This document shows, in pieces, positions 8,813-18,665 of a stretch of DNA of 64,000 nucleotides. Every line of letters starts with the position of its first letter. Position 1 is the stretch's first letter. The notes beneath the pieces are model-generated. The model was not told where the DNA came from and did not search any database. It saw only the letters and a program-made list of their open reading frames with translations. Made by a program: the position numbers and the translations under genes. Where the stretch lies: the NCBI GenBank assembly GCA_965215885.1, contig CBDCEW010000086.1, forward strand, positions 20,579-84,578. The letters run 5' to 3'. This DNA comes from Candidatus Moanibacter sp. Lineage in GTDB: Bacteria; Verrucomicrobiota; Verrucomicrobiia; Opitutales; UBA2987.

Positions 8813-9970
8813 TCAGCGCACGCGAGTCATTGCGCCGAGAAGCTTGAAGAAAAGAAAGAGAATAATGGGAATTCCGATGATCGCGATCAGGACCCATTTC
8901 AGCGCCTTTTCCGGGATTCCCAGACTGGCCATGAGACCGTATACCTTGTCGAGAAATGTCTGCTCAGGGGCCGCCGTTTCGGCGTCGAAGGTATCTCCCC
9001 AAAGGATCTGACCGGTTTCCATTTCGGCGACGGTCATACTGAGGACGACCCGCGCCGTGTCGTCGTTCACGTCCGCCTGCCGAATGCGGCCGAAGAGGAC
9101 GGCATCGCGAAAGCCGTCGGAACGTGGAGTCGCGGCGGCCGCATCCCCTTCCAGGACCTGGCGAATGATGAGGGCCATGTTCTGGAGTTCCGAAAGGCCG
9201 TTATTGGACAGTTCGGAGGCGATCTTGTTTACGGTGCGGCGCCCTTTCTGTCCGGCTACAGCCGAAAAGAACTGAAGGTCGTTTCCGCCGCCGCGGACGA
9301 GGTAGGGGAGAACGACTTCCATGGCGGCGAGGTTATCGTTCATCATGGCAAGGGGGTAGATCCTGTATTTCCCTTTTTCTCTCATGTCACTCTCAAATCG
9401 TTGTTGCGCCTTACCGGCAAGATCCAGAAGCACTTGAGACAGTGCCTTACTGGTGACGAGTTCCGGCTCGGGTCGAACGACGCCCTCCACGTTACCGGAC
9501 CAGAGTACCTCCCATGTCTCTACATCCCGCAGGACAAGGGAAAAGCGGGCGATGGCTTCCGCTTCCGAATCCGACAGTTCACGTATGCTTCCGAGCAGAA
9601 CGGCCCCTACGCCTTTGATCCGGCCAAACTGCGGAATCGTTAACGGGTCCATGATATCGCCCTTGCGCACGCCTTTTTCAATTTCGGCCACGAGCAACTC
9701 GTATTCCGGCGGATTGCTTGTGATAAAGGTAAAGGGTCCGGGGTAGCGGCTGAGTTCGGCTCGAAAGACCGAGGAAATATCCTGAAAATCATTGGGGAAG
9801 GGAAGGAAGGCAACATTCATCGGCTCGAGGCTCCGATTTGTCATCGCCTTGATGGTTTCGTAGGCGGAATCCTGGACCGCGTAATCAAGTTCCCGGGGGC
9901 CTCCATATGAGTTGGAGGAAAGGAAAATGGAGGTCGCGAGGAGAAGAGTAAGCGTAGTAAATATGCGCAT
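8813..9970 (-). CDS. Secreted/C-terminally anchored protein with two CsgG/LpoB-like domains
   Basis: Signal peptide MRIFTTLTLL; repeated GxxAVLxGxI...ETxxxLW motifs; C-terminal TM helix. Confidence 0.6.
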   Translation of the reverse strand: MRIFTTLTLLLATSIFLSSNSYGGPRELDYAVQDSAYETIKAMTNRSLEPMNVAFLPFPNDFQDISSVFRAELSRYPGPFTFITSNPPEYELLVAEIEKGVRKGDIMDPLTIPQFGRIKGVGAVLLGSIRELSDSEAEAIARFSLVLRDVETWEVLWSGNVEGVVRPEPELVTSKALSQVLLDLAGKAQQRFESDMREKGKYRIYPLAMMNDNLAAMEVVLPYLVRGGGNDLQFFSAVAGQKGRRTVNKIASELSNNGLSELQNMALIIRQVLEGDAAAATPRSDGFRDAVLFGRIRQADVNDDTARVVLSMTVAEMETGQILWGDTFDAETAAPEQTFLDKVYGLMASLGIPEKALKWVLIAIIGIPIILFLFFKLLGAMTRVR

Positions 9971-10227
9971 GGTAACTATCTGATTGTAAGTGATCATAAA
10001 GGAGCTCCCGTGAAGTTTGCAATCATACAAGAGGCTTATTCGTGCCTGCACGACAAAGATCGGATTCCTTGTCTCCAGGAGCCTATCGGCAAAGTCCGAC
10101 AAGTTGCTGGCCCATATATTTCACGCGGTCTCGCTACGAAGTGTGAATTGTCCGGGCTGGCGGTCTGTTTTTTTGTTTGAGATGGCATGGAGTTCCTATA
10201 TAAATCCGAAATAGAGGGGGGGTATTT

Positions 10228-11813
10228 ATGGGTCTTTTTTCGGATAAATGCAGCAAGTGTGGGACACCGGTAAAAAGGCGGCACGCTTTTGCAGGAAATG
10301 TGGCAGCGCGGCACCCAAGGGGTGGGTGAAGTCGCCTTTCAGCAGGAAATGGGTGGGAAACGATGCCGAGTTCGATCCCCATACCGGTGCGCGTCTCAAC
10401 CTGGCGGACCTCGACAGTATCGATCAGGATGGCTGGAAGAGGCGGGAATGTCTTCTCGCCCAAAGAATCGATGGGCGGCTCATTGAGAACCGGCTGCAGA
10501 CGGCGCTCTATGTTCAAGAGGGAACCCGGGTCCTTCTTCAGGAAAAGGGCGAGTTTGTAAAGCTGCTGGAGCCCGGGAGGCATCAGACGAGTTCGGTATT
10601 TTCATTTTTTAAACGGGATGCCGCGACCGCTCCGCGCGATTTTGTATTCCACGAGTTTACGGAAGCGGGAATCGATATCCGATTCGACGGGCTTTATGCG
10701 AAAGACGGTCTTCAGGTGGATTTCGTTTCGCAGGTGAGCCTGATGTTCTCCGAAGAAAATATCGATGCCTTTATTGTAAACGTGCTTCGGGATCAGCGTG
10801 AATACTGGCTGAGTCAGTTGAGTGAATTTTTTGAGAATGAGATCATGCCGGGATTGAAACGGGACTGCGCGGAACTCGTCCAAATGCATTCGGTTGACGA
10901 GCTGTTCGAAAGTCCCGAAACACGCCTGCAGCTGGAAGCGGACTTCCAGACCCGCCTCAATGCTCGACTGGGCGGCTTCGGGTTTGAGGTATTTCGGGTA
11001 GGCGCGATCGACTTCGAGGGCGAGGCGTATTTTAAACTGAAGGAGAAAAACGCCGAGGTCGAAGAGTTGCGCCGGAGCATTGAACTCGATCGGCTAATGC
11101 AGGAGCGGTTGACCGAACAGGAGAAGATCGAAGGACAGGGGGAATGGGACCGCGAGGCTTTCCTTCTCGAGATTCAGCAGGAGCGGGACCTGAAATCCGG
11201 TGAATTGGAGCATGCGCGCAATTTGATCGGGAGCCAACAAGCGCACGAGTTGAGCATACAGGAACTCAAGCAACAGGTTGAGGCGGATGCGCTCAAGCGA
11301 GAGGAGACGCACCGCAACCTCGTCGATCAATTGCGAGGGCGTGCCGCGGAGACGGATGCCGAGATCGACGATACCAAGAAGTGGCTCGATGTAAAGAAAG
11401 CGAAGGAAGAGCAGGAACAGGATCTCGAGCAGAGAGGCAAGCAGAAGGAAATCGAGATTGAAGCGCAACGACTGGATACTCTTGCGGGTCGGGACATCCA
11501 GACATTGATTGCCGCCATGAATCCCGACAAACTTCTCGAGCTTCACCGGCAGCAGATGCAGACTGGTCGGACTCCTGAGGAATTGCTGGCGGCTGCTGCC
11601 GCGGAAAACCCGGAGGTGGCCCGGGCCTTGTTCGAAATGCAGGAGGCGAAGAGACGCAGTGATCGCGATGCCGTTGCGGAGACGCGGGAGCTGTATGAGA
11701 AAACGATGGCACAGTTGGAGCGGGTTGTATCGGAAACAGTTAAGAGTATGGCAAAATCCACGAAAGGTCCTGATGTGTCGCTGAACCCGAATTTTCCCAA
11801 TAGGCTTTCCTGA
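10228..11813 (+). CDS. Double zinc ribbon + SPFH (band 7) + coiled-coil protein; frameshift at A5 run ~10272
   Basis: ATG at 10228 after GAGGGGG gives MGLFSDKCSKCGTPVK, continuing in -1 frame as KAARFCRKCG; SPFH motif VQEGTRVLL..GE....LEPGRH. Confidence 0.7.
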
Positions 11814-11844
11814 ATTGGACAAGATTAGCTCAGATAGAAAAAAG

Positions 11845-13437
11845 ATGCTTGGCCGCTGCCCTAATTGTGACGCGTTAATCGACGAATTTGATACCGCCAC
11901 ATTTTGCGACCGGTGTGGGAAATCACTTGTGGTAACGGCGGGAAACGGTGGGTCGATTCCACAGCCATCGGGGCATTCGGATCAGCAGAGCGAAGCGAGA
12001 ATACCCAGGATTGAATTTCCCGAGCGGAGCGCCCCAGAGGATGACTCTCCCGCCGAGGGTAGTCGTGAGGCAATCTGGGCGCCGATGAGTGAGAGCGCTC
12101 TCAGAAAAGAAACGATCATTTCCAGCGGAACAATGCGAGATCACGAGGACCGCTCCTTCGTGCCGGAAAAAGGGGAAATCAGAGTTTCCTACGATGGCGC
12201 GCAGTTCTTTCAAGAAAGGCAGCTTGGGGGGCTGGATTTCAAGCTGGAGCGGGACGCCAATTGTAAGGATATCGTGATTGATACATTCGTTGACGAAGAG
12301 AGCAGGCATACCGTATCCCTGCGCAAGCATAAGGAGCTTTTTCAGTCTCGCGGGACAGATACCGATATTCGATTTTCTCTCCTTTTTGAATTTCCGGAAA
12401 TGGATATGTCTCTTGAAAATATACCGGTCAACCTGTGCGCAGAATATCGATATAAAAAATCGTTGTTCAAGTATCAGGGGCAGTTTCGCGTCAGCTGCTT
12501 TGTCGCCACTGAAAATGTATCAAAAATAGCCGATTCCATCAAGATCACACTCGAGCAGGGCCATGCCGGCGGCCAGCAGGGTGTCAATCTGGGTGCTATC
12601 CGACCCCAGAATGCAGTCGAAAGCCAGGCACAGTATCTCCGAGAACTGAAAGGGCGACCCAAGCAATGGGTAGAGGTCAATCTGTTCAAGATTGCGGAAG
12701 AGAAAGAGGCGGAACCAATAAGCGTCATTCTACTGGAGAACCGACCGGCAACGGTGAAGGTGGAGAAGACGTTCGGACGCGAAGTCTGGCATCTGCTTAC
12801 TTCGGATCCGAAAACTTTTGGACGACAAAGCGATAACGATATTCGAGTGCTCCACTATGCTTCGGGGGATCGAGAGAAAACCAAAAAGTACAGCATGAAT
12901 ATCAGTCGCCGCCACTTCACGGTTTTGAGCGACGGGACCGGAGTTCTGATTAAGGACGGTGCGCGGAGTGAGGGAGGTGAGTGGAAACCATCTGCCCTGG
13001 GAATCTTTCGCAAAGGTGAAGAATCGCGTAGCGAAGAGATTCATATCGGTCCCGGTGAGGAAGTGACACTGGAGATAAGGGAAGATTACAAGTTCGCCGT
13101 TATAGTGGGATACCGATTCCGCCTTTACTCCTTCGGGGAGCTGCGATTGGCTTATCCCGACGAGTACAGGGAGTGGAAAGGCCATTCTTTAGACCGTGAA
13201 CTTGCTTGCCTGCTGGGACATCGGTTGGGTGTATTAAAGGAGCATGTTCTGATAATCTGGCATCCGGTGAATCTTCGGCATCTTGGCCTGGCCATGGATG
13301 ATTGTTGGCTGGGGAACCGACAGTCAGCAAAGTCAGGCCGGGTTCGATATATCCGATTTTCCAACGATGCTCCGCTGCCCTCCGGTTGGTCAGTCGTTTC
13401 ATATGGCAGACTTACATTTTCGAATCCGCACAGTTAA
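11845..13437 (+). CDS. Zinc-ribbon + FHA domain protein
   Basis: CPNC..CDRC N-terminus; FGRQSDND...ISRRHF...IKD FHA signature. Confidence 0.7.
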   Translation: MLGRCPNCDALIDEFDTATFCDRCGKSLVVTAGNGGSIPQPSGHSDQQSEARIPRIEFPERSAPEDDSPAEGSREAIWAPMSESALRKETIISSGTMRDHEDRSFVPEKGEIRVSYDGAQFFQERQLGGLDFKLERDANCKDIVIDTFVDEESRHTVSLRKHKELFQSRGTDTDIRFSLLFEFPEMDMSLENIPVNLCAEYRYKKSLFKYQGQFRVSCFVATENVSKIADSIKITLEQGHAGGQQGVNLGAIRPQNAVESQAQYLRELKGRPKQWVEVNLFKIAEEKEAEPISVILLENRPATVKVEKTFGREVWHLLTSDPKTFGRQSDNDIRVLHYASGDREKTKKYSMNISRRHFTVLSDGTGVLIKDGARSEGGEWKPSALGIFRKGEESRSEEIHIGPGEEVTLEIREDYKFAVIVGYRFRLYSFGELRLAYPDEYREWKGHSLDRELACLLGHRLGVLKEHVLIIWHPVNLRHLGLAMDDCWLGNRQSAKSGRVRYIRFSNDAPLPSGWSVVSYGRLTFSNPHS

Positions 13438-13478
13438 TTGGGAATGTGAAAAAAAGAAGGATGGGAAGGTAATTTCCT

Positions 13479-14255
13479 ATGAAAGTTAGAATAGCTAAAA
13501 TGATTGTCATGTCGGCGGTCCTTATTCCAGGGCATGTGACGGTGATGGCTGATATTGAAGTGACGGCAGAGCGCATCGATCCGCGTATGGAAAATATGCG
13601 TGTGGGTGTAGGCGCATCTGAAGGCATCGTCGCCAAGGGCGATAGATTCCAAATGACAACACTGAGGAAGGAAATTAGCAGCACCCTCGGAGACCGCGGT
13701 TTTTATGTAGTGGAGAATGTATACGAGGAAGTCCGGGGCCCCGACATGATGGATATGATGTTGAAGGGGTGGAAGGAGGATCTCGACGTCGTCGTGGGCA
13801 TCTATGCGGAGTACAAACCCTTTGACCGCACCGGTAATTTTTACCTGTTCGAAGGAAAGGCAACGGTTCGTGTGCTTCGCGGGGTCGATAGAAGGCTGCT
13901 GGGAATGAAGCGGTTTTCGGCTAAAGGTCAGAGGAAGTTAGGTGTCGAGGAAGCGGCGGAGAGCGCTGCGGAAATCCTTGCCAAAGAGATCAGTCAATGG
14001 GTAGGGCAGAATGTTAGTCCTTCCAAACTGGGCATCCAGGAAGCCGTGCTTCTCCTTAAAAAGATCAAGGACAAGGAGTTGGCTTCGACCATCAGATTCC
14101 TGAAAAGCGATCCCGCAATAATCAGTGTTGAGACTGTCGATCCGTTGAAGCGGCGTCGCTGCAAGCTCAAACTCGTCTATTTCGAGAAAAACATCTCCGA
14201 AGGGATCGTTAATCGCGTGAGAGAAATCACCGGTAAGAAAGTCAAGAGACGTTAG
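13479..14255 (+). CDS. Secreted hypothetical protein
   Basis: Long ORF with signal-like N-terminus, co-directional with SPFH/FHA genes. Confidence 0.6.
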   Translation: MKVRIAKMIVMSAVLIPGHVTVMADIEVTAERIDPRMENMRVGVGASEGIVAKGDRFQMTTLRKEISSTLGDRGFYVVENVYEEVRGPDMMDMMLKGWKEDLDVVVGIYAEYKPFDRTGNFYLFEGKATVRVLRGVDRRLLGMKRFSAKGQRKLGVEEAAESAAEILAKEISQWVGQNVSPSKLGIQEAVLLLKKIKDKELASTIRFLKSDPAIISVETVDPLKRRRCKLKLVYFEKNISEGIVNRVREITGKKVKRR

Positions 14256-14266
14256 CCGGCTAGTGC

Positions 14267-14383
14267 TTACTCACTGGGTTTTTGCTCCTTCCTCTTCTTA
14301 ATCTTCTTGTTCTTAGGGCGTGTCTTGCCGTGGGAACCTCTCCAGATCTTCCCTTTCTTGCTCTTGCGGTCTCCTCTTCCCAT
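14267..14383 (-). CDS. thx: 30S ribosomal protein THX (bS31)
   Basis: 38-aa MGRGDRKSKKGKIWRGSHGKTRPK... matches THX/PSRP4 consensus. Confidence 0.85.
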   Translation of the reverse strand: MGRGDRKSKKGKIWRGSHGKTRPKNKKIKKRKEQKPSE

Positions 14384-14594
14384 AGATATTCTCCCCAACC
14401 TTACAGATTCTTTCTGTAACGATGTCCAACCTTTTCTCGCAACTTTACAATTTGCACAATCCCGCTTTTCTTCAGTGGGTAAGTGGAATAGACTGCCGGA
14501 TGCTGCGATTCGCCCGAGACGCGTCCTCCAAATTCGCGGGAAAAGCGGGTTAAGAACTTGTGCCCGATTGGGAAATCGCTTTGCTTGTGCGGAA

Positions 14595-16397
14595 ATGCGT
14601 CCATTTGTAGCGTCTCTTCTTCTCTTGGCCTGTCCCGGATTCATCTCCGCCAAACATAGTGCGGAGCCGGAGATAATGCCCCTGTCAGAGATCGAGCCGG
14701 GAATGAAAGGGGTTTGGAAGACGGTGCTCTCGGGCACTACTGTCGAGAGCTTTCAGCTGGAAGTTCTGGGTATAGCCCAAAATTTTGTCGGGCCTCAGAG
14801 AGCGCTCATCATATGCCAGGCCCTCGATTCCAGGCTTAAATCGATGGGGCCGGTGGAGGGGATGAGCGGGAGTCCCGTCTATATAGAGAACCGGCTCGTG
14901 GGTGCCTATGCCTACGGAAACACCTGGGCGAAAGAGCAGGCGATCATTGGCGTTACTCCCATTGAACAAATGCTTGAGGTTCTTCAGGATTATCCACTTC
15001 ACACGGATGGGTCAGAGGTTGCACCAATATCGACCGGTGAGTCGACTTGGCCGGGTAGATTCTCGGCTCTTGAAAATGGTGATGCATGGCAAGTCTCTGA
15101 GAGCGACGGTCGATTGCGGAGTGAAGAAATCGATTCGCTACTCCGCCCACTTCCGACACCGCTTCTGGCCTCCGGTTTTTCAGAGCGGACTCTGAAACTC
15201 TTCCAGCCAAAATTTGAAGAACTCGGGCTCAAGATCCTTCAGGCCCCCTCGGGCAGCGTGGAGGATGGAACGAAACTCCACCTGGAACCGGGATCGCCCG
15301 TGGCAGCCGTGCTTATGAGCGGTGACTTCAACATTGCCGCCACGGGAACCGTGACCTATCGCAACGGCGACACTTTGTTGGCTTTTGGGCATCCCTTTTT
15401 CCAGATGGGAGAGGCCCAGCTACCGATGGCCGGTGCGGAGATTATCACAGTAGTACAAACGCTGCCAAGCTCATTCAAATTGTCCAATACGGGACCCTTG
15501 GTAGGATCCATATTTCAGGACCGGCTGACGGCGGTGGCGGGGCAGATTGGGAAGTTTCCGCCTATGCTGGAAGTATCCATCAATACGAAGGCGCCCAACG
15601 GGAGAGTGAGAAAATTCTCGGGAAATCTTGTAGATCACCAGATGCTCACCCCCATTTTCGCATCGGCAGCTCTTATGCAATCACTCTTCGCGACCATGGA
15701 ATCGGGTGAGGAGCAGACGTATTTCGTCGACGGCACTGTAAATCTGGAAAAGCACAATCCGATTGAGTTTAGGAATGTCGCGTCGGGATCCAGTGGAGTG
15801 GCGGAGTTGTCAATGGGATTCTTGGAGCACTTGACGCGATTGTATAATAATCCCTTCGGCGTGCCACGGGTATCGTCGATCGAATTTGGCATCGAGTTGC
15901 GGAACGAGTGGCTCATCAGCAGTTTAAAAGCGGTTCAGGTAGAGAACCGGAGAGTCAGGGCAGGGGGAGAGATCGGTATGTCTTTAACCCTTTACAATTA
16001 CCAGGACGAGTCGACACGACATCGATTGTCGATACCGGTTCCAAAAGGATTAAAATCGGGTCAGAAACTTACCGTGCTCGTGGCCGACGCAGCGGAAGCC
16101 GAGCGCGTTAATGGAATACGCCAACCGCTTGTAACCTCCCTGGACGAGATAATAAATCAGTGGCGCGGAACTCTTTCCAAGCAGGCCGTATACGTAAAAT
16201 TGATGCAAGAGTCGGCGGGACTTTCTTTCGAGGGCGAGAGGATGTTCGGTTTACCTCCTTCAGTTCGGTCGCTTTACACTTCCCCTGGCAACAATATTGC
16301 GAGGCAAACGCTGAACGAAGTGACGCTTTGGGAGACTCAGATACCCGTAGAAGGTGAGTTTCGCGGGAGTTATCGAATACCGGTTAAGTTGGAGTAA
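14595..16397 (+). CDS. SpoIVB peptidase S55 domain protein
   Basis: EGMSGSPVY, GVTPIEQM, AFGHPF; signal peptide from ATG 14595. Confidence 0.85.
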   Translation: MRPFVASLLLLACPGFISAKHSAEPEIMPLSEIEPGMKGVWKTVLSGTTVESFQLEVLGIAQNFVGPQRALIICQALDSRLKSMGPVEGMSGSPVYIENRLVGAYAYGNTWAKEQAIIGVTPIEQMLEVLQDYPLHTDGSEVAPISTGESTWPGRFSALENGDAWQVSESDGRLRSEEIDSLLRPLPTPLLASGFSERTLKLFQPKFEELGLKILQAPSGSVEDGTKLHLEPGSPVAAVLMSGDFNIAATGTVTYRNGDTLLAFGHPFFQMGEAQLPMAGAEIITVVQTLPSSFKLSNTGPLVGSIFQDRLTAVAGQIGKFPPMLEVSINTKAPNGRVRKFSGNLVDHQMLTPIFASAALMQSLFATMESGEEQTYFVDGTVNLEKHNPIEFRNVASGSSGVAELSMGFLEHLTRLYNNPFGVPRVSSIEFGIELRNEWLISSLKAVQVENRRVRAGGEIGMSLTLYNYQDESTRHRLSIPVPKGLKSGQKLTVLVADAAEAERVNGIRQPLVTSLDEIINQWRGTLSKQAVYVKLMQESAGLSFEGERMFGLPPSVRSLYTSPGNNIARQTLNEVTLWETQIPVEGEFRGSYRIPVKLE

Positions 16398-16469
16398 TTT
16401 GAAATTCGAAACCGAATCCCGATCCTGGGGTATAACGATCTTACTACTCCACATGTTCATTAGTTTGCG

Positions 16470-18665
16470 ATGAAGCGTTTCTTGCTCTCGTTTTTGTTTT
16501 TGAGTTTTCCTTTCTCTCTCGATGGAGTGCAGACTCGGTCATACCGTCACGACAGCTATGAGGACTTTGTTTCGGGAGAGTTTGAAAATGTCTCGCTGAG
16601 CAACACCGGCGTTCTCAAGTTAGCGCCCGCTCTGGAAGAATTGGTGGAAATCAGCGCACCAATCGTCTGGACTGCAATTGCGGACAAAGACGGCAACCTC
16701 TATCTCGGTACCGGGAATTTGGGAAAAATACTGAAGGTAGATACGGAGGGTGAGATCTCCACGATGTTTTCGCCGGAAGAAGTATTGAGCCGCGCTCTGG
16801 CCATAGATGCGGAGGGCAACCTCTTCGTTGGAACTTCGCCGATGGGACGTGTATACCGCATCACTCCGGGAGGCCGGCCGGAGATTTATTTTGACCCACC
16901 TGAAAGCTACATCTGGAACTTGCTCTTTGATAAGGAAGGGAGTCTTTATGTCGCCACGGGCAGTGAAGCAGTAATTTACAAATTACCGGAGAACTTCCAG
17001 CCGGAAGACGAGCCGGTTATCTGGTTCGAGTGCGAACAGTCTCACCTCACCAGTCTAGCCTGGGATGCAGAAGGGAATCTCCTGGCGGGAAGCAGCCCGG
17101 AGGGAATCTTGTATAGAATCACTGGAAACGGAAAAGGGTTTGCTCTCTATAATACCGGCGCGCAGGAGATTAAGCAGATACTGGCGAGAGAAGATGGCGG
17201 AATCTATTTTTCCACTTTCAGTACGAAGCAGGTCGAGACGAAAACGGGTTCTGTAATTAGTAAAACCAAAGGGGAGAATTCCAATTCTTACACAGTTACA
17301 GCTAAACGGGGTGAGGGCGATTCGTCGAGGAACTTGGTCGGCAAGAAAAGCGGAAGCGGCAGTAGCATGATCTTTTTTATGGATCCGGAAGGATTTGTGG
17401 AAGCTTATTGGGGGTTACCGAATGCACATATATTTTCCCTGGTCCTTAGTGATGAAAACCGTCTAATCGTTGGCACAAACGACCAGGGGCGCATCTTTTC
17501 CATCGAAGATCGCGGAAAATGGAGTCTCTTGCAGCAAGCTCCGGAAGGAGGCGAGATCTCAGTAATTCTCAAATCCGACGACGCTTCGGGCGCCCATTAT
17601 CTATTTTCCAGCAACCCGGCTAAAATGTACCGAATGCATTCTGAACCGGCGGAATCGGGGACTTACATTTCCGCGGTATTTGATGCAAAGCAGATATCAC
17701 GTTGGGGCAGATTACTTCCTTTGAGCGAGATAGCTACGGAAAACCATGAAGAATTTCGCACTCGCAGCGGCAATACGGGCGATCCGGATAAAACGTGGAG
17801 CGATTGGGAGGATGTTACATTGCGCGGAGAAGGCGTGACGGTATCGAGTCCGGTGGCCCGGTATCTTCAGTATCAATTCGGATTCAATTCCGCCGATTTC
17901 AGCGATCGGGAGTCCGGCATCCAGCAGGTACGAATATTCTATCAGTCAAAGAATGTGGCTCCCTACATTGCGGCAATTCGTATCGTTCCGATTGGATTTC
18001 AATTGTTAAAAACTGTCGCCAATCAGCCCAATATCGACCTCGCTAAATTGATTGATGAAAAAGACACGGAAAAGCTGTTGAAAGTACCGCCGGTTCGACA
18101 GCAGTTGAGAAAAGCGGGAGAGGAAGGCTTGATGTCGGTCGCTTGGAAGTCTTTCGATTCAAATGGAGATGCCCTCACTTATACGCTTAGCATCAAGAAT
18201 ACGGTAAATCCGGATTGGATTGTCCTGGTGGAAGATCTCAAAGATCCGGTCGCTACATTCAACACCAACGGATTTGAGGAGGGCTACTATCGCGTAAAGG
18301 TAACGGCAAGTGACGAATCCGACAACGAGGAGAATCAAGCACTTTCAGGATATCGATTAAGTGAAGTGTTTCTCATCGACAACTCTCCCCCTCAGGTTTC
18401 GGTGACAGAGCGCCGAGCGGAGCAGGAGAGTTTGCACTTGGAATTTCAGTCGGTTGACGATTTCAGTATTAATAAAGCGGCCTTCTATATTCTTGACGGG
18501 CGGCCCGCTCAGTCCATTCGCCCGATCGACAAGCTATTCGATTCAAAAATTGAGCGCTTTCAATTGATGATCGATTCTCTTGAGGAAGGATCCCACAGTC
18601 TCGTGCTCGAAGTCTACGATGAGAGTGGTCGATCCGGTGTCCTGACCGTGCCATTTGAGATTTGA
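16470..18665 (+). CDS. Secreted beta-propeller/FN3-like protein (frequent neighbour of S55 peptidase)
   Basis: Repeated DxxGNLYxGT blades; TRSGNT..PD.TWSDW, RYLQY, IDNSPP. Confidence 0.75.
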   Translation: MKRFLLSFLFLSFPFSLDGVQTRSYRHDSYEDFVSGEFENVSLSNTGVLKLAPALEELVEISAPIVWTAIADKDGNLYLGTGNLGKILKVDTEGEISTMFSPEEVLSRALAIDAEGNLFVGTSPMGRVYRITPGGRPEIYFDPPESYIWNLLFDKEGSLYVATGSEAVIYKLPENFQPEDEPVIWFECEQSHLTSLAWDAEGNLLAGSSPEGILYRITGNGKGFALYNTGAQEIKQILAREDGGIYFSTFSTKQVETKTGSVISKTKGENSNSYTVTAKRGEGDSSRNLVGKKSGSGSSMIFFMDPEGFVEAYWGLPNAHIFSLVLSDENRLIVGTNDQGRIFSIEDRGKWSLLQQAPEGGEISVILKSDDASGAHYLFSSNPAKMYRMHSEPAESGTYISAVFDAKQISRWGRLLPLSEIATENHEEFRTRSGNTGDPDKTWSDWEDVTLRGEGVTVSSPVARYLQYQFGFNSADFSDRESGIQQVRIFYQSKNVAPYIAAIRIVPIGFQLLKTVANQPNIDLAKLIDEKDTEKLLKVPPVRQQLRKAGEEGLMSVAWKSFDSNGDALTYTLSIKNTVNPDWIVLVEDLKDPVATFNTNGFEEGYYRVKVTASDESDNEENQALSGYRLSEVFLIDNSPPQVSVTERRAEQESLHLEFQSVDDFSINKAAFYILDGRPAQSIRPIDKLFDSKIERFQLMIDSLEEGSHSLVLEVYDESGRSGVLTVPFEI

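Noticed and set aside
8609..9643. 344-aa plus-strand ORF
   Set aside because: Antisense shadow of the CsgG-like gene; begins in a repeat
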